Part shown: one piece after another, positions 39,103 to 52,396 of the stretch
How positions within the stretch are numbered: position 1 is the stretch's first letter
How the letters are laid out: each line of letters opens with the position of its first letter
Assembly: GCA_937625935.1 (NCBI GenBank)
Contig: OW569353.1
Location: forward strand, 62,001-126,000
From: Tetramitus jugosus
Taxonomy: Eukaryota > Protista > Heterolobosea
Reading direction: 5' to 3'
Length of the DNA stretch: 64,000 nucleotides
Translations under genes and position numbers: made by a program
Notes under the pieces: model-generated
Seen by the model: only the letters and a program-made list of their open reading frames with translations
What the model was told of the DNA's origin: nothing
Database searches by the model: none

Positions 39103-39295
39103 GGAGGAAAGTCTTGATGAAGTGTTTTTCTCTTTCAGCTGTTGGATGTACTGCTTACTTGGAAATTGAATTGTTTTTTTGATTAGTGAACAGTTGAAGG
39201 CTGACTGTGAACATCGCTTTCAAACGTTTTACCGTAATGATCACTGATTTTCCGCCGCTGTGTTGCTGAAAAAACGCGCCAAAACCAAAAACAAA

Positions 39296-39976
39296 ATGCA
39301 GAGCTTACTGTCGCACTTTGATGCCATACATGTCATACCGCATCAAGCTCACGGATCCCAACCAAAACCACCCATCAAACAGTCTCAGATCCTAACCATC
39401 ACTCCCACCTCAAAACTCTCCTCTCAATGGTCATCACTCATCAACATGAATCACATTGAAAAAGGAATCATACCACCTACTCTTCTCATTGCTCAATACC
39501 ATGGATCTCTGATTCAACTGATTCAATTGTTGAATGAAGCTGTGAGTGGAGAGGAAGAAGATGCACTCACGTTCAGTCTCGAAGATATTCACATTGTTCC
39601 CACTCAACAAAAGAAGTCGAAAGAAGAAGAAGAAGCATCAGACGATGATGACGATGATGATGACTCGGAAAGTTCGTTGAATAAGGATTCGAATAATAAT
39701 GGTGATGATTGGCCAGGTCTAGATCTAACGACAGTCAGAAAGCCGACTAGTGTACGAGAAGAACATCACGTGTCCAATATGAACAGACTGAAATTGTTGT
39801 TGCGAGAGAGATTGCAAGCGATTCATGCAAAACCGACACATATGACTCAAACATTTGTATTTTATATTCTGATGCAATTGCATGGAAGAGTGGCTATGCC
39901 AACGCATCACATGCCAAGTGTGTTCTCTGATCCCACCATGAGTGCGAATGAAATATTTTTGCGATCCAAGTTGTAA
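39296..39976 (+). CDS. Hypothetical protein with an acidic tract
   Basis: ATG at 39296 follows an A-rich leader. The 226-aa ORF fills the gap between the homeobox gene and XRN1. Confidence 0.55.
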   Translation: MQSLLSHFDAIHVIPHQAHGSQPKPPIKQSQILTITPTSKLSSQWSSLINMNHIEKGIIPPTLLIAQYHGSLIQLIQLLNEAVSGEEEDALTFSLEDIHIVPTQQKKSKEEEEASDDDDDDDDSESSLNKDSNNNGDDWPGLDLTTVRKPTSVREEHHVSNMNRLKLLLRERLQAIHAKPTHMTQTFVFYILMQLHGRVAMPTHHMPSVFSDPTMSANEIFLRSKL

Positions 39977-40009
39977 GCAAAAGTTAGGATAATACCACTG
40001 GATGATTAT

Positions 40010-43000
40010 TTATTGTTGATTTGGTTGTTGAGGTGGAGCAGATCCGTCATTGTTGGTTGGTTGGTTTGGCAGTGGCGGTTGTTGCTGATGTGGAGGCATG
40101 AATCCCATTGGCATCAGTGGTCCATGATGTGGAGGATAACCTCCATACATTGGCTGCTGAGGGAAAGGGAATGGCCCAGGATAGAACATCATTGGATGTG
40201 GCATTGGTGGTTGCTGCTGTTGTGGCATTGGAAGTGGTGGTTGTTGCTGCTGTTGAGGCATTGCAGGTGGTTGTTGTGGCAGTGATTCATTCAGAGCTCT
40301 GCCTGTTCCTGGAAAGCGCTCAGCTGGCTGTTCGTTGCTCTTGTTGTTCTTACCTTCTCTTGGCTTACGTTGCTGCTGTCCCTTATTAAACTTACTGTTC
40401 TTTCTGTTTTGATTATGAATGGCCTGGAACTCTTGAGCAGGATTGTACTGAGACTGAGTATTCACAGTGGAACTCTGCTGGAACTTTTGCAACAGTTGAG
40501 TAGCTTGATCACGGCACTCATCCAACGTAGCAGCTGTGTTGGCAGTGAATGCCTTTCTAGCTTGTTGCTCCTCGTGTCCCTTCTTGATGGCTTCAATGGA
40601 GCTGCTTGGTTGACCACTGGAATAGAAATGCTTCTCATAAGGCATATTTCCAAACTTTGCTGCGTTTGTTCTCTTAGAGGCCTGATTCTGTTGTTGCGCT
40701 TGTTGTGGTTGTTGTGGTTGCTGTTGTTGCTTTGGTGCCTTCTCTTCAGGTTGCTTGCGGAGTGGCTTACCATTAGGTCCAATATCAAGATTCAAAACAG
40801 AGATCAATGGACAGACACCACCTCTTCTCGTCTTCAATCTACCATCGAGTGTTGTACCACCAATAAATTCAGTGTCGAACACAATCATGGCATGCTCACC
40901 CTGAATACCAACAATAATACCTCTCATGCCAAATGGAACGTGACCAGTGTAACCCATAGTGATGACTCTCTGTCCAATTGAGAACTTGTCTCTTCTGCAC
41001 AAGTTGGTTGGGAAAGGATCACCAGCCTTATAAATCATGGAAGGAGTAGGAATCACGGTTGAAATGGTCTTCAAACCATCCTTATTCTTTGCTTCAAAGT
41101 CGATTGAGGCTGCTTCGATATCAGAGAGAACATCAGATGGGAACAAATCTGTCTCATATGTCAAGAAGGGCAAACTCAAGTGACCATTTGAATGAACCCA
41201 GTTTGAGATTGTGCTGATACGATCGGCATACTGTTTCTTTGCTTCATCGAACGGCAAGTTCATCTCTTCAATATCTGGAAACAGGGCAGCGGCATGCATT
41301 TTTCCAGAATCTTCCTTTGCTTCCAACACCTCAATGAGATCAGGGAACTGAGCCTTAAATCCACTCAATAACTTGACTGCCTTGTCAGAATATTTCCAGC
41401 CAAATGTCTTGTTGGTCGAAAATAGCCCATTCGTTGGCTTGTCAAGAGAGAGACCAGATTGATTGTTCAGATAGTATGTTTCGTCCAGATTCTGAGCATT
41501 GTAGTCCAACTTGGCGTAACCAACAATTCTCTTGTTGTCTCTCGTGTTTCTCAATCTGAGACCAATATTGTGTTTGGCGAGTCTGCCATCAGGCAATTCG
41601 ACCTTGATTGATCCCAGGAGCAAGCCAATAAGACGTGGAGAGATGCCCACCTTCTTTGAAACCTCACCTGCGTGATAGTATCGAGAAGAGGTGTACTTGT
41701 TGATATCTCTTGGATATTCAGGCTGGTAGTTGCTTGGTGGAACTTGAAGCTCTACTCTCAATTTGACATTAGGACCTCTCTTGTCATAACCAATAACCTT
41801 ACCACTGGCACCATAGTTTTCATCTCCGACACAGACCACTTGAGCATCAACCTTGTACTCATCTTCAATATCAGGAGTTCCGCGCTCCACAAATCTTGGA
41901 TCTGGGACAGGATCGTACTTTTGAGGAACAAGCTGAACTGGGTATGCAAACTCTTCACTGTAGAAGGTCTTCACAGTGCTTCCGTTCTTTCCCTTGCCCA
42001 TTCCCTTGAACAACCTTACAAAGAGCAAAACATCAACCTCTCCAACATCGATACCAAACTTCTTTAACAAAACTTGTCTGTGGAAGCCACATTCACGGCG
42101 GAAGCTGTCTCTCTCCTTCTGGTCATGTGAATTTGAATGATTAGGAGAGTCTTCATAAATGCTAGTAAATTCATCACACAAGCTCGAAACATATGCCAAT
42201 CGTGGATAAGGATAACCCACATAGACAGTCTTACCAAGCAAGTGCTTGTATTGTGCTGCAGTATCAACAACTCTTTCACTCTCTTGAGGAACCAATTCCT
42301 GAATCTCTTCATCTGATGACTTGTTGTTTCTTCTGTACTCTTCGACATCCAAATGGAGAACTACAGTTGGTGCTTTGCTTGGCTGAGCATACAAAGAGAC
42401 ACCGACTGTTCTTTGCTCAGCAATGATCTCTCGTGAGAAGAGGGATGGGAATCCCTCGAGACCATTGACACCCATCTTAACACCATCACACAGGGCAGGA
42501 ACAAACTTGCCATTTGGAGGTGCAGGGATGGTGAAAGGTTCAGCCTTGACATGGGAATTTGGAACATCAGGCAGATCACCAGGCAAGGTCGATGTGAATG
42601 TTTCACTCACTGATGTGTCATACTTGAAGATGGAAGGCTGACCGAATGAGTTTCTAAAACGTTCGTGATCTGTCAATCTCGATTGATCAATCTTGGCGAC
42701 AGCAGCCAACAATCTATCACTATCGATAAATGGAAGAAGGACAACTCCTTGCCAATCGTATTTAGTTCCCTCTCTGTCAATAATGATCTCTTCTGGATAG
42801 AAATCAGAAATATCAGAGCCCAAGTTTAAGATAAGCTCACTGTATGGATCTGGTAACAGCTTGCTACTCTTTGGTGGCAACACACCCAACAATTGCTCGA
42901 ATGGGTAGAATGGAGTACCTAAGGTGAATTCAACCTTCTTACTGAGTTCCTCCAAATTGATCAAATCTGAAGCGATTGGAGTGTAGTGGTATGGATAGTA

Positions 43001-44802
43001 CCACTTCCATGAGATACACTGATGATAATAGTAATTGTACATCCATATCAATGCTTCGACAAAGGACAGTCTAAGAGCATCCATCTCCTCCGAATTGTGA
43101 ATATCAATATTCATCTTCTTTTGATAGTAATTCTTTCTCCATAGTTCGAAGCTAAAATCGCCACTCTCTTGATCCACAGCACTCATCAAAATATCATCAC
43201 CATTCTGTGCTGCTTCCTCCAATGGTTCATCGATTATATCACCAACAAATTGGAATGGCAAGAGAGAGTCATCTAGACCATAATGACCCTCGATTGGTTC
43301 AGCAAAATCCATCACATTCGACATTGCCAGAGCTGCATCTAATCCTTCCACGCCTGACGTATCCTTCTTCAAATTATTCTCTTGCATATCAATCATCTCC
43401 TTCATCTCTTGAGCTGATAGCGTTTGTTGAGGCATAAAGGAGCTAGCCTTAGAGCTGATTGATACTGCATCGAACACGCTGGACAAACTATCAATGTGAT
43501 TGGCCTTACTGGCTTGAGATTGAGTCTCAGATGCAGGAGACACCTGTGTAGACTGTGGTGACTTCTTGTGCTTCCTCTTGCCGCCCTTTGACTTTTGCTT
43601 AGAGTTCGATGTGAATCTCTGGCAGAGGATAGAGTCCTCCAATTGTGCAAACTCGTTCACAAATGGTTGCACACGGTTGAAATGAATCGTTCCTTTGTCC
43701 GTTAGATAACCGTCCAAAGTAGGCAAAACCTTCTTGTAGACTTCAAAGAGAGCAGTAATGGCTCCTTCGTGAATATCAAGTGTTGGCATGTGTGGCAAGA
43801 AATCGTTACCACAGAAGAAACACATTAAAATAAAGTCGTCAATAATTCTCTCCAAATCGAATCCAAACGACAGCTTGTCTTTCAAAGTTTGGAACTCCAA
43901 TAAAAAGTATTCTCTCAGTGCACAAATGTGCAGCAAGTGGAATTTCTTCATCAGTGGTTTCGTATCTTGTGCAGGCTCATTCTTTTCCTTGCCAGTCGAG
44001 TAAGTCTGTGTAAACACGTCTTCTCTCAACAGAATGAAATGAGGTTCGTGAACAACGAGACCCAACATGATCAAATCAGCATCCAAACCGTACAAGCAGT
44101 GAACTTCGTTTGGATCGTAACCTGGTTGTGCCTTTCTTCCTCTCACAAACTCCATAATCTTGTGTTCTCCCTCACCTGGTACATCGTGACCAGAGAAAAT
44201 GACCTTGCATCTTCTCCATCTAAGATCATTCTCCATCTTCTTATGGATCATGTATTGAAAATGCCTCGACAGTTCAGCCATAAACTCCGTACCAGGTGTA
44301 ATTGCATTCGAATCAAAAATTTCCTTGTCATCAGGAACAATTTCACCATTCTTGATCATTGCTTGACGTGCTCGGTCAGCTTCCATTGCAGATCTGAAAC
44401 GACGTTGTCTCTGTTGGTTCATCTTGGCTCTTGGTGCAACACCTATTGTCATTGAAATGAATCGAGTTAATCAAACTGTTGCAACAGTCGAGAAAAAAAA
44501 ACGTAGTGATCAACCAATATAGCAAACAAACAAAAAAACAACATACCATCGATAGCCATGAAAAAGTATTGTCTTGGTTGGATCAAGTTAAACAACTGAT
44601 CAATGTATTGGAACACTCTTAGCACAAGTTCCTTTTGAGTCAATAATCGCTTCACTCCTTCATTGTTGTGTGTACAGTTGTGAATAATACCGTTCATATC
44701 CAAGTACAAGTTATCTACAGTTGGAATTGTTGTTTCATTGACTGGCGCAATGGCACATGGATATCTCTCTGAGAGCCATTTAAAAAATCTAGGAACACCC
44801 AT
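40010..44802 (-). CDS. XRN1: 5'-3' exoribonuclease 1; intron 44546-44443
   Basis: MGVPRFFKWLSERYP...DNLYLDMNGIIHNCTH...MAIDG|VAPRAKMNQQRQRRFRSA, FDSNAITPGT, VPGEGEHKIM, YGLDADLIMLGL and GNDFLP, plus the XRN1-specific C-terminal domains. GTATGT...TAG intron. Confidence 0.97.
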
Positions 44803-45337
44803 ATTGTCTTATGTGCTTATATATATCGATTGATCAAAATAGTGATCTCTTTTATAATATGTTATTTAAACAAAAAATTGAAAAAGAGAGACTCTTTTTG
44901 TGTTAATGTTGTTTTGTTGTTGTGATTTGTGCTTTTGTGTGCTTTTGATTCTCAAAGAGTCCAAAAAGCTTTTTACTGGGCCAGGATGCAATGGGAAATT
45001 CGGTGGCTGAGCGAACTTTGGAAGAAAAGAGATGCGACGAATGTTTTGTCGGTTACAAAAAAAATTGCACTCCTCACATTTGGCCGTGCGTTTTGGAGGT
45101 TGATCCTGTTCTTCCAAAAACTCACAATCCTTCGAATAATCACAATTTGGTGATGGCCACAATTTAGCATGAAAATGCAAGATCTTATCTGTCGTACAGA
45201 ACGTGATCGGTCGGAGTAACGGAGCAATTGATGTGTTGAACGGATCAAATCAGTCAATAAAGAAGTCTTCTTGGCAGCAACCCAAAAACGTGACCATCTC
45301 TCAACACAACTTGTAAAAACCAACAACAACTACAAAG

Positions 45338-46852
45338 ATGTCCTTTGATAACAGCCAATTTATGCACTTGATCCCACCACAGGATGAGTTGTGCCACTTT
45401 ATCAACAATGAATTCATCCACAATATCGATGGTGCCAATGCCACATTCGATGTTATCCAACCAAACAATGGTCAAGTGATGTGTCAAGTTGCCTCCGGTA
45501 CGTCCAAGGAAGTTGATTTGGCTGTCCAAGCCGCCGTGGATGCTTTCAAGAAAAACTCCGAATGGCGCCAAATGAGCATCGCTCAGCGTAGAAATATTTT
45601 ACTCCGTCTTGTACGATTGTGGGAGGAGGAAGTGGAAGAGCTTGCAAAGCTCGAATCGCTCACCAACGGATCTCCCATCACACTCAGTGACTACATTATC
45701 AAGGATCTTGTCAATGAGTGGCACTATCACATTGGATGGATGGATAAGACTGCTGGTCGATTAGCTCACGATCCAAATCACAATGACAACAGAGTGACCA
45801 TGGTGAAGCGTGAGCCTATTGGTGTCTGTGGTGTTATTGTACCATGGAATGTTCCTCTCTGGTGCCTCATTGTCAAGATTGCTCCAGCTCTGGCAATGGG
45901 AAACACACTGATTGTCAAACCATCAGAGTTCTCTCCATTGAGTGCATTGAGAGTGGCAAAGCTGATCAAGAGAGCTGGTTTTCCAAAGGGCGTGTTCAAC
46001 ATTGTGCAAGGTTATGGTCAGAATGTAGGTGAACCACTCGTGACGCACCCGCAAGTGCGCAAGCTCGCCTTTACTGGATCTACCGCAACGGGTCGCAGGA
46101 TCATGAAGGCTGCAGCCGACTCCAACATGAAGCAAGTTCAGTTGGAGCTCGGTGGCAAGTCTCCTGTGATCGTCTTCTCAGATGTGAATGTTCCAGAAGC
46201 TGTTCGCATCTGTAACTTTGCCGTATTCAACAACAATGGTCAACTGTGCACTGCTGGTTCCAGAACATTTGTTCATGAGGATATTTATGACCAGTTTGTG
46301 CAGGAGGCTGTGAAACAGGCCAAGGAGATGAAGGTTGGATCTCAGATGGACCCAGAGACCAAGGTTGGTCCACTTGTCAACAAGCTCCAGTTTGAAAAGG
46401 TGTTGGGATACATTCAGACAGGTGTGATTGAAGGTGGTAAATTGCACTGTGGCAGTCCAAAGCCAGCATTCCCAGAAGGTTACTTTGTTCAGCCATGTGT
46501 GTTCACCGACTTGCCTCATTCGTCATCAAAGCTAGCATGCGAGGAGATTTTTGGCCCTGTGATGACCATTTTCAAGTTTAAGACTGTGGAAGAAGTGGTC
46601 GAGATGGCCAACTCTAGTGAGTATGGATTAGCTGCTGGTATTTTGACAAAGGACGTCAGAGTTGCATCCACAGTGGCAGATCTACTTGAGACAGGCACTG
46701 TATGGATCAACCACTATCACGGAGCAATGGTAACAGCAGAGTTTGGAGGATACAAGATGTCTGGATTTGGCAGAGAAGGTGGTGAAGAAAGTGTGCTCGG
46801 ATGGACTCAATCTAAGAGTGTCTTTATTGACATGAACAATAGAGCTATCTAG
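45338..46852 (+). CDS. NAD(P)-dependent aldehyde dehydrogenase (ALDH1/2-like)
   Basis: IVPWNVP, KPSE, FTGSTATG, LELGGKSP, GQLCTAGSR (catalytic Cys), EEIFGPV and FGGYKMSG. Confidence 0.95.
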   Translation: MSFDNSQFMHLIPPQDELCHFINNEFIHNIDGANATFDVIQPNNGQVMCQVASGTSKEVDLAVQAAVDAFKKNSEWRQMSIAQRRNILLRLVRLWEEEVEELAKLESLTNGSPITLSDYIIKDLVNEWHYHIGWMDKTAGRLAHDPNHNDNRVTMVKREPIGVCGVIVPWNVPLWCLIVKIAPALAMGNTLIVKPSEFSPLSALRVAKLIKRAGFPKGVFNIVQGYGQNVGEPLVTHPQVRKLAFTGSTATGRRIMKAAADSNMKQVQLELGGKSPVIVFSDVNVPEAVRICNFAVFNNNGQLCTAGSRTFVHEDIYDQFVQEAVKQAKEMKVGSQMDPETKVGPLVNKLQFEKVLGYIQTGVIEGGKLHCGSPKPAFPEGYFVQPCVFTDLPHSSSKLACEEIFGPVMTIFKFKTVEEVVEMANSSEYGLAAGILTKDVRVASTVADLLETGTVWINHYHGAMVTAEFGGYKMSGFGREGGEESVLGWTQSKSVFIDMNNRAI

Positions 46853-46909
46853 AATTTTTTGTATATCCCAATTGAAGTAAAAACAATTATCAATTTTCTG
46901 AATGCAGTT

Positions 46910-48628
46910 TTATTCAGATGCAGACGGAACAGTCGTATCACTACTCACTGAAGCAGTATTGTTTACAACTGCTGGAATAGCACTAGAGCTCGTATTGTCG
47001 TTCGTACTTTGGGTATTGGCAGCATTATCTGCTTGCTGATTGTTTTGCTGATTCTTGTTGTTCTTTTTCTTGTTCTTATTCTTCCACTGTTGCTTATTTT
47101 TCCACTTGTTCTTGTTGTCCTTCTTGGACGATGTGTTCTGAGCATCTGTGTTCTCCGGTTGTGGCTTTGTTCTCACGAGTCCTGGTTGCAATAAGTCAGT
47201 CTGAAGTGTTCGCGGCAGTATATAGAGCCATCTGGACATTGTTTGAAGATCACTCTCTCTCTTCACAATGTTGTTGACAATAATTTGCTTAAAAGCAGAA
47301 ATCTTGGGTTTCAAATCCTCATCGTTCCAATCAAATTTGCCATGGATCGCTCCAAATTTGTCATTATAGTGATCAAAGTACAGCTCATCCAACAACAATC
47401 CAAAACCGGGAACCATTGGCACATAATATCGCTGATTCTTGTGCAAGGCCACCTCAAAGTCACTCTCTGCGATATGACCACGAGCAACCGCAACCACAAA
47501 GCCAACCATTTTTCGAATTTGATTCAGTACAAAGCTCTGTCCCTCCACTGTTAACACCACGTGCTCCACAGACTGTGGATCACTCTCATTGACAAACGGT
47601 TCACTCACCGTAAAGTTTGTCACATATCTCATGGTTGCATCCGGATTTGTCTTTGCTCTCTGCGTAAAATTGTGATAACACTTTGTACCAATGTACTTTT
47701 TGAAGAGAGCTCTCACTTGTTCCAATCGTTCTTGACTGAGCCTGTATCCTTCAATAAACGATCGAGAGTCCAACAACTCTTGCATCGTTACCACTGACAT
47801 TTGTTCCTCCAGTTTCACAAACTTTTCAGCATCGGTCCACTTTTGTTGTTCAGTCAATTGAGCAATAGGTTCAAATGCAAACGTCGGTATCACATATTGA
47901 TACTTTCTACCGTTGCAACTCCTCTTTGGATCATAGGACGATGTGACTCTTAGGCTCTGATACACGTTCACAGGTGACAAATTCTTTTCTTTGACAATAC
48001 GGTCCAACTCTACATTCAATTTCTGAATAATGTCAGGCAACATGATCATTCGCAAGCAAACAACGTTCAACACTGCACTAACGCCCTTGTCTGTTCGACT
48101 CGCTCTACCCCACGCAATCTTTTTCAAGTTTGCATTCTCCTGAGAGACACCACCTGATGCGACAAGTGCTTCCAACAAAACATCTTCAATGGTAGTGACG
48201 AGTGGATTGGTCTGGAGTCCATTGTACTTGCTACCGTCGTAACCAATGATGAGTGCAACTTTTCTCTTTGGTGTCTTATTACCACTACTACTACTACCAC
48301 CATCATCATCATCATCATTTTCTTCTTCTTCTTGTTGTTTGTTTTGTGGAACAAGAGGTGTTGTTGTTGTTGTTTTTTGTCGTTTGGGAGATGGTTCGAC
48401 TACTACATCTGCAGTAGTAGTAGTAGTTGGTATTTCTTCTGAGGATGATGATGACGATGATGTTGTTTGAGCTTGTTGTTCATTGTTGTTGTTGTTGGTT
48501 GTTTCTTCTTGTGTTGTGGATGATTGATCGATGAGAGGAGATGATGAAAATTCAGAGAATGATCTCTTGTTGTTCACGTTCACATCCATGTGTGTTGCCT
48601 CATTGGTTGATGTCTCTTGATTCGTCAT
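46910..48628 (-). CDS. PUS1: tRNA pseudouridine synthase, TruA family (PUS1-like)
   Basis: KRKVALIIGYDGSKYNGLQ, RASRTDKGVSA (catalytic Asp), YIGTKCYHNFT and GQSFVLNQIRKMVG. Confidence 0.9.
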   Translation of the reverse strand: MTNQETSTNEATHMDVNVNNKRSFSEFSSSPLIDQSSTTQEETTNNNNNEQQAQTTSSSSSSSEEIPTTTTTADVVVEPSPKRQKTTTTTPLVPQNKQQEEEENDDDDDGGSSSSGNKTPKRKVALIIGYDGSKYNGLQTNPLVTTIEDVLLEALVASGGVSQENANLKKIAWGRASRTDKGVSAVLNVVCLRMIMLPDIIQKLNVELDRIVKEKNLSPVNVYQSLRVTSSYDPKRSCNGRKYQYVIPTFAFEPIAQLTEQQKWTDAEKFVKLEEQMSVVTMQELLDSRSFIEGYRLSQERLEQVRALFKKYIGTKCYHNFTQRAKTNPDATMRYVTNFTVSEPFVNESDPQSVEHVVLTVEGQSFVLNQIRKMVGFVVAVARGHIAESDFEVALHKNQRYYVPMVPGFGLLLDELYFDHYNDKFGAIHGKFDWNDEDLKPKISAFKQIIVNNIVKRESDLQTMSRWLYILPRTLQTDLLQPGLVRTKPQPENTDAQNTSSKKDNKNKWKNKQQWKNKNKKKNNKNQQNNQQADNAANTQSTNDNTSSSAIPAVVNNTASVSSDTTVPSASE

Positions 48629-49145
48629 GATGTATTGTTTGTTGTTGCTGTTGTAATTTCACCGCTTGTTGTGAATTTTAAATGTCCGATTCACAAAAGT
48701 CACACGCCCCGATAAGCATCAAAGGAAAAAACAGCGATACAGTCCCTGTTTGCCACACAACAACACATCACAACGAAAAAAGCTCACAGCCAAAAAACAA
48801 AACTATCCAATCGACATATTTATTCCAGATCATTTGTCAATCGGCTAGTTATCCCCTATTACCCACACAACTTCCCATCTCTCGTTTTTGACTTTCAGAA
48901 AAATACGCACTCACATCATCACACAACACCAGCTACCACCACCAGCTACTACCACCAGACCCAAAGCACTCAACGAACATTGCAACTTTTTTTTTATTGT
49001 GTGAAGCGGTTGGAGCACACGACAGAATACCCCCATTTTCACATCACACACAACTCTCTCTCCATCAAACAACAATAACAACAATAACAAAACTAATAAG
49101 AGACCCAATCACACATCTTCATAATCCAAAAAGAAATTAACAATA

Positions 49146-51202
49146 ATGAGCACTTCCACTAGTAACACAACAATGAATTCAACAACAAGTGAAAACAATC
49201 AACAACAACAAGAAACAAGGCAAAATTTGTTTCATAATCTCGTGTTTTACATTAGTGGTTCACTGCTTCAAATGAAACAATGTGAAATGAATGATTTATT
49301 GATTCGACATGGTGCTACTGTCATTAATCATTCAACAAACAAGGTAAGCTACAACATATGACATATTTTTTTTTGTAAGGATGATCATCGTGACTCACGC
49401 GCTCAAAATTCCAATTTTTTGTCAACCAGAATTTTTGTCATGTGACCCATGTGTTAGCTACGGAAAAGACATACAATAGACAAACTGTAGCGATTCGACG
49501 GGCAAAAGCTCATCCTCATATTCATATTGTGCATGAGTCATTTGTGTATGATTCAGTGAAGAAGAATCAACTTCAAAACGAAAAATTGTATCAATTCGAA
49601 AGCTATGCCAACAACATTAGTGAACAACAACAACAACAATCACCAGTGATATCAACATCATTGTCTTCCACCTCATCTCCATCATCTTCAACAACAACAA
49701 CGACAACAACAACAACAATACCAAGTATCCCTCCATATAGTGCTTCTAGCTTGCCAATTCAAACTTATAATCCGACTAGTGGTCCCTATCCTCCTAGTTA
49801 CTACACTGACGTGCATAGTCAAACTCAAAATCTAAATGCAAACAATAATAACAATCCTATCGATAATAATAATAATAATAATATGACGAATAATAACAAT
49901 AACAATAGTACTACTAATAATATTACAAGTAACCTCCGCACAGTGAATAGTGTTAGCAGAAACACCCCAGCAACAGTAACAGCAACGAGTAGTAGCAGTA
50001 GTGGTGGTACAAGTACCCATGGTAGAAATGGTAGCGCTAGTAGTAGTACGAGTAGTACTAGTAATGCTAGTCGTATGAGACCCGTGGCTCCAGAACAACG
50101 AAAACAACCAGCAACAACAGACAAACTACTCGTGTCCAATGTGATCATGATGCTACAGGAGCAAGTCCAATGTCAATCAAGTCTATTGAGACAGAGAGAT
50201 GAAACAATTGAAAATTTGCAAAGAGAACTCATTGTCAGAAAACGAAAGAGAGATCATAGATCACCATCTTCGTCCTCAAAAACAGGGAAACAACAACAAG
50301 TGAATCATCATCTTCATGTCCACCTTCGAATTTCCAATTACGACAAGGATGGAGGAATGAAGACTTTAGGAGGAGACAGGATGGAAGATGAAGAAGAGTG
50401 GCGTGTCGCTCATGAATTCAACAGTGACAGCGATGATGATGATGTATTTACTACTGATGATGATGATGACAATGAGGGAGACGACAATGATGATGAGAAG
50501 GATGAAAAAGATGGAGTGACTTGCTCACCCAACAAACTACCTCGACTCATTACACAGTTGGATGATGAACTCGTTTCAACATTCTTCTGCTCGCATCGCA
50601 TTGATGATTTATATGATTGGCAAGTGCATGACTCAAGCAAAGACATTTATTATAAGATGGTGACGTGCAACAGAGCGCGTATACAGCCCATTAGTAATAT
50701 TTGTTATGAGGATGAGATGCAAGTGTCCGCATTGGCACTTATTTGCAAAATGGAACAGAGTTTGGCCCATCCAACGATACGGAATAGTACATTGCCTGTT
50801 TGGTATCCGTTCATGATTGTTGCGCGGTCTGAATTGATTTCACAGAAGCACATGTCACTGAAGAACTTTGTGTGCACAGAAAAGAGAATATTACGCTTAA
50901 TGCAGATATCACTCGGCGTACAAGACATATGGAGCCCTCAATTCAAGCGCATTGATGACCACGAATGCTTGTTCTTGGAGGACAATGCAAACTCGTCGGA
51001 CGAGCTTCACAAGAAGGAACGCCAACTTTTGATCAAGGGTGGTAATGAACTGAAGAGGAAGTGTTCAATTATGTTTGAGATTACATTCCCTTGTGACTAT
51101 GTACGGTTTCCACACTTTATCGGTGGTGTTCTGGAAGAGGATCAACACATTATTGTCGGTGCCTTCTGCACAAAGTATGCAGCACCACAAAACACAAACT
51201 AG
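49146..51202 (+). CDS. BRCT-domain protein with a low-complexity middle and an unknown C-terminal domain; intron 49344-49429
   Basis: LFHNLVFYISGSL...DLLIRHGATV...NK|NFCHVTHVLAT...IHIVHESFVYDSVKKNQLQNEKLY is a BRCT fold once spliced (GTAAGC...CAG, phase 0). Confidence 0.8.
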
Positions 51203-51409
51203 GACTGGGTAACATTCAATCAATCACATAAAGAGGGAACGGGACAAACGAAAGTCACAACAAGCTGATATCATCGACATGACCAACTAATCGGTCGAGT
51301 GTTCGTGAGCAATATATCACAAGTAATAAATTTATGGATTGTTGTGCCATATGTAAACCTGATGTGCCTCAAATAAGTTATCATTGGGGGATACAATTGG
51401 TACAGCTCG

Positions 51410-52060
51410 TTACTCAACAAGAATAGACGCTGGTTCTCTGATCCACAAAATCCACCGCACGACATGCAGCACCATACACAACAGAGCCACACTCTGTGTG
51501 AACACCAATGAACCTGAATAATAGATGACAATGAAAATGTCGTAACCCTTATTTTTGCTCGTGTGAGTCGCCAGTCCCTTGATTGAAAATACGAGCGAAG
51601 ATATCGTCGAGGCTGCCTGGAGTGCCGCATACATGACCAGTGCCAACACGGCACACACGGACCACATCCACTTTTGTTTTCTGTTCTTGGCCAATGAACT
51701 TGCACAACCAGTTACTCCCACCGTGAACATGACCACCACGCACACATAATAAATGACACTGAACGCAATATCCACCGGTTGTAATCCTCCTTTCTTGGCT
51801 TGCGATGCCACAATTAAGCTAATCGTACTCCACAGTGTGCTCATGAAGCAACCACCCATAATAAACATACTAATGGCAAGAATCGCAAATCCTACATAGT
51901 CTGATGCAACCAACGGACGACTCTTTGACCTCTTCTCACCACCACTAGCATCGACAGTACTGTCCATTGCTTCAGAATCGTCCCATCTCTTGCCTGCATT
52001 GGCTTCGTCTGTTGTAGTAGTTGAGGAACTACTGGGGATATCTTCGTATGCTTCGTTCAT
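51410..52060 (-). CDS. Membrane protein with about 4 transmembrane helices
   Basis: Four hydrophobic segments follow a hydrophilic N-terminus. Confidence 0.7.
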   Translation of the reverse strand: MNEAYEDIPSSSSTTTTDEANAGKRWDDSEAMDSTVDASGGEKRSKSRPLVASDYVGFAILAISMFIMGGCFMSTLWSTISLIVASQAKKGGLQPVDIAFSVIYYVCVVVMFTVGVTGCASSLAKNRKQKWMWSVCAVLALVMYAALQAASTISSLVFSIKGLATHTSKNKGYDIFIVIYYSGSLVFTQSVALLCMVLHVVRWILWIREPASILVE

Positions 52061-52396
52061 TTCAGATTCTCAACTAGAAGTTTGCTTTTGAGCACCAATT
52101 TTGTTTTGTTCGTCCAAGTGTGAGCAGTTTTTGGGACGGTGTGGAGGAGAAATCTTTTGGAGGAGTTTTTCGGGATGGGAACATGAAAGTTCTGGGCTGG
52201 TTCTACTGTGGTAGTGGAGCTGAGTGCAGGAGTCTATGTTTTTCTTTTGAAATCAAGTTACAATTGGTGTCCATGTTTGTCAATACAACAATCTTCTCGA
52301 GTTCTGTTTTTGAGTGAAGTTCAATCTGGAGTTTGTTCACAAAAACAAGAGAACAACATTCACACGAAGCAAAAACAACTGACCGAGAGTAGGATT

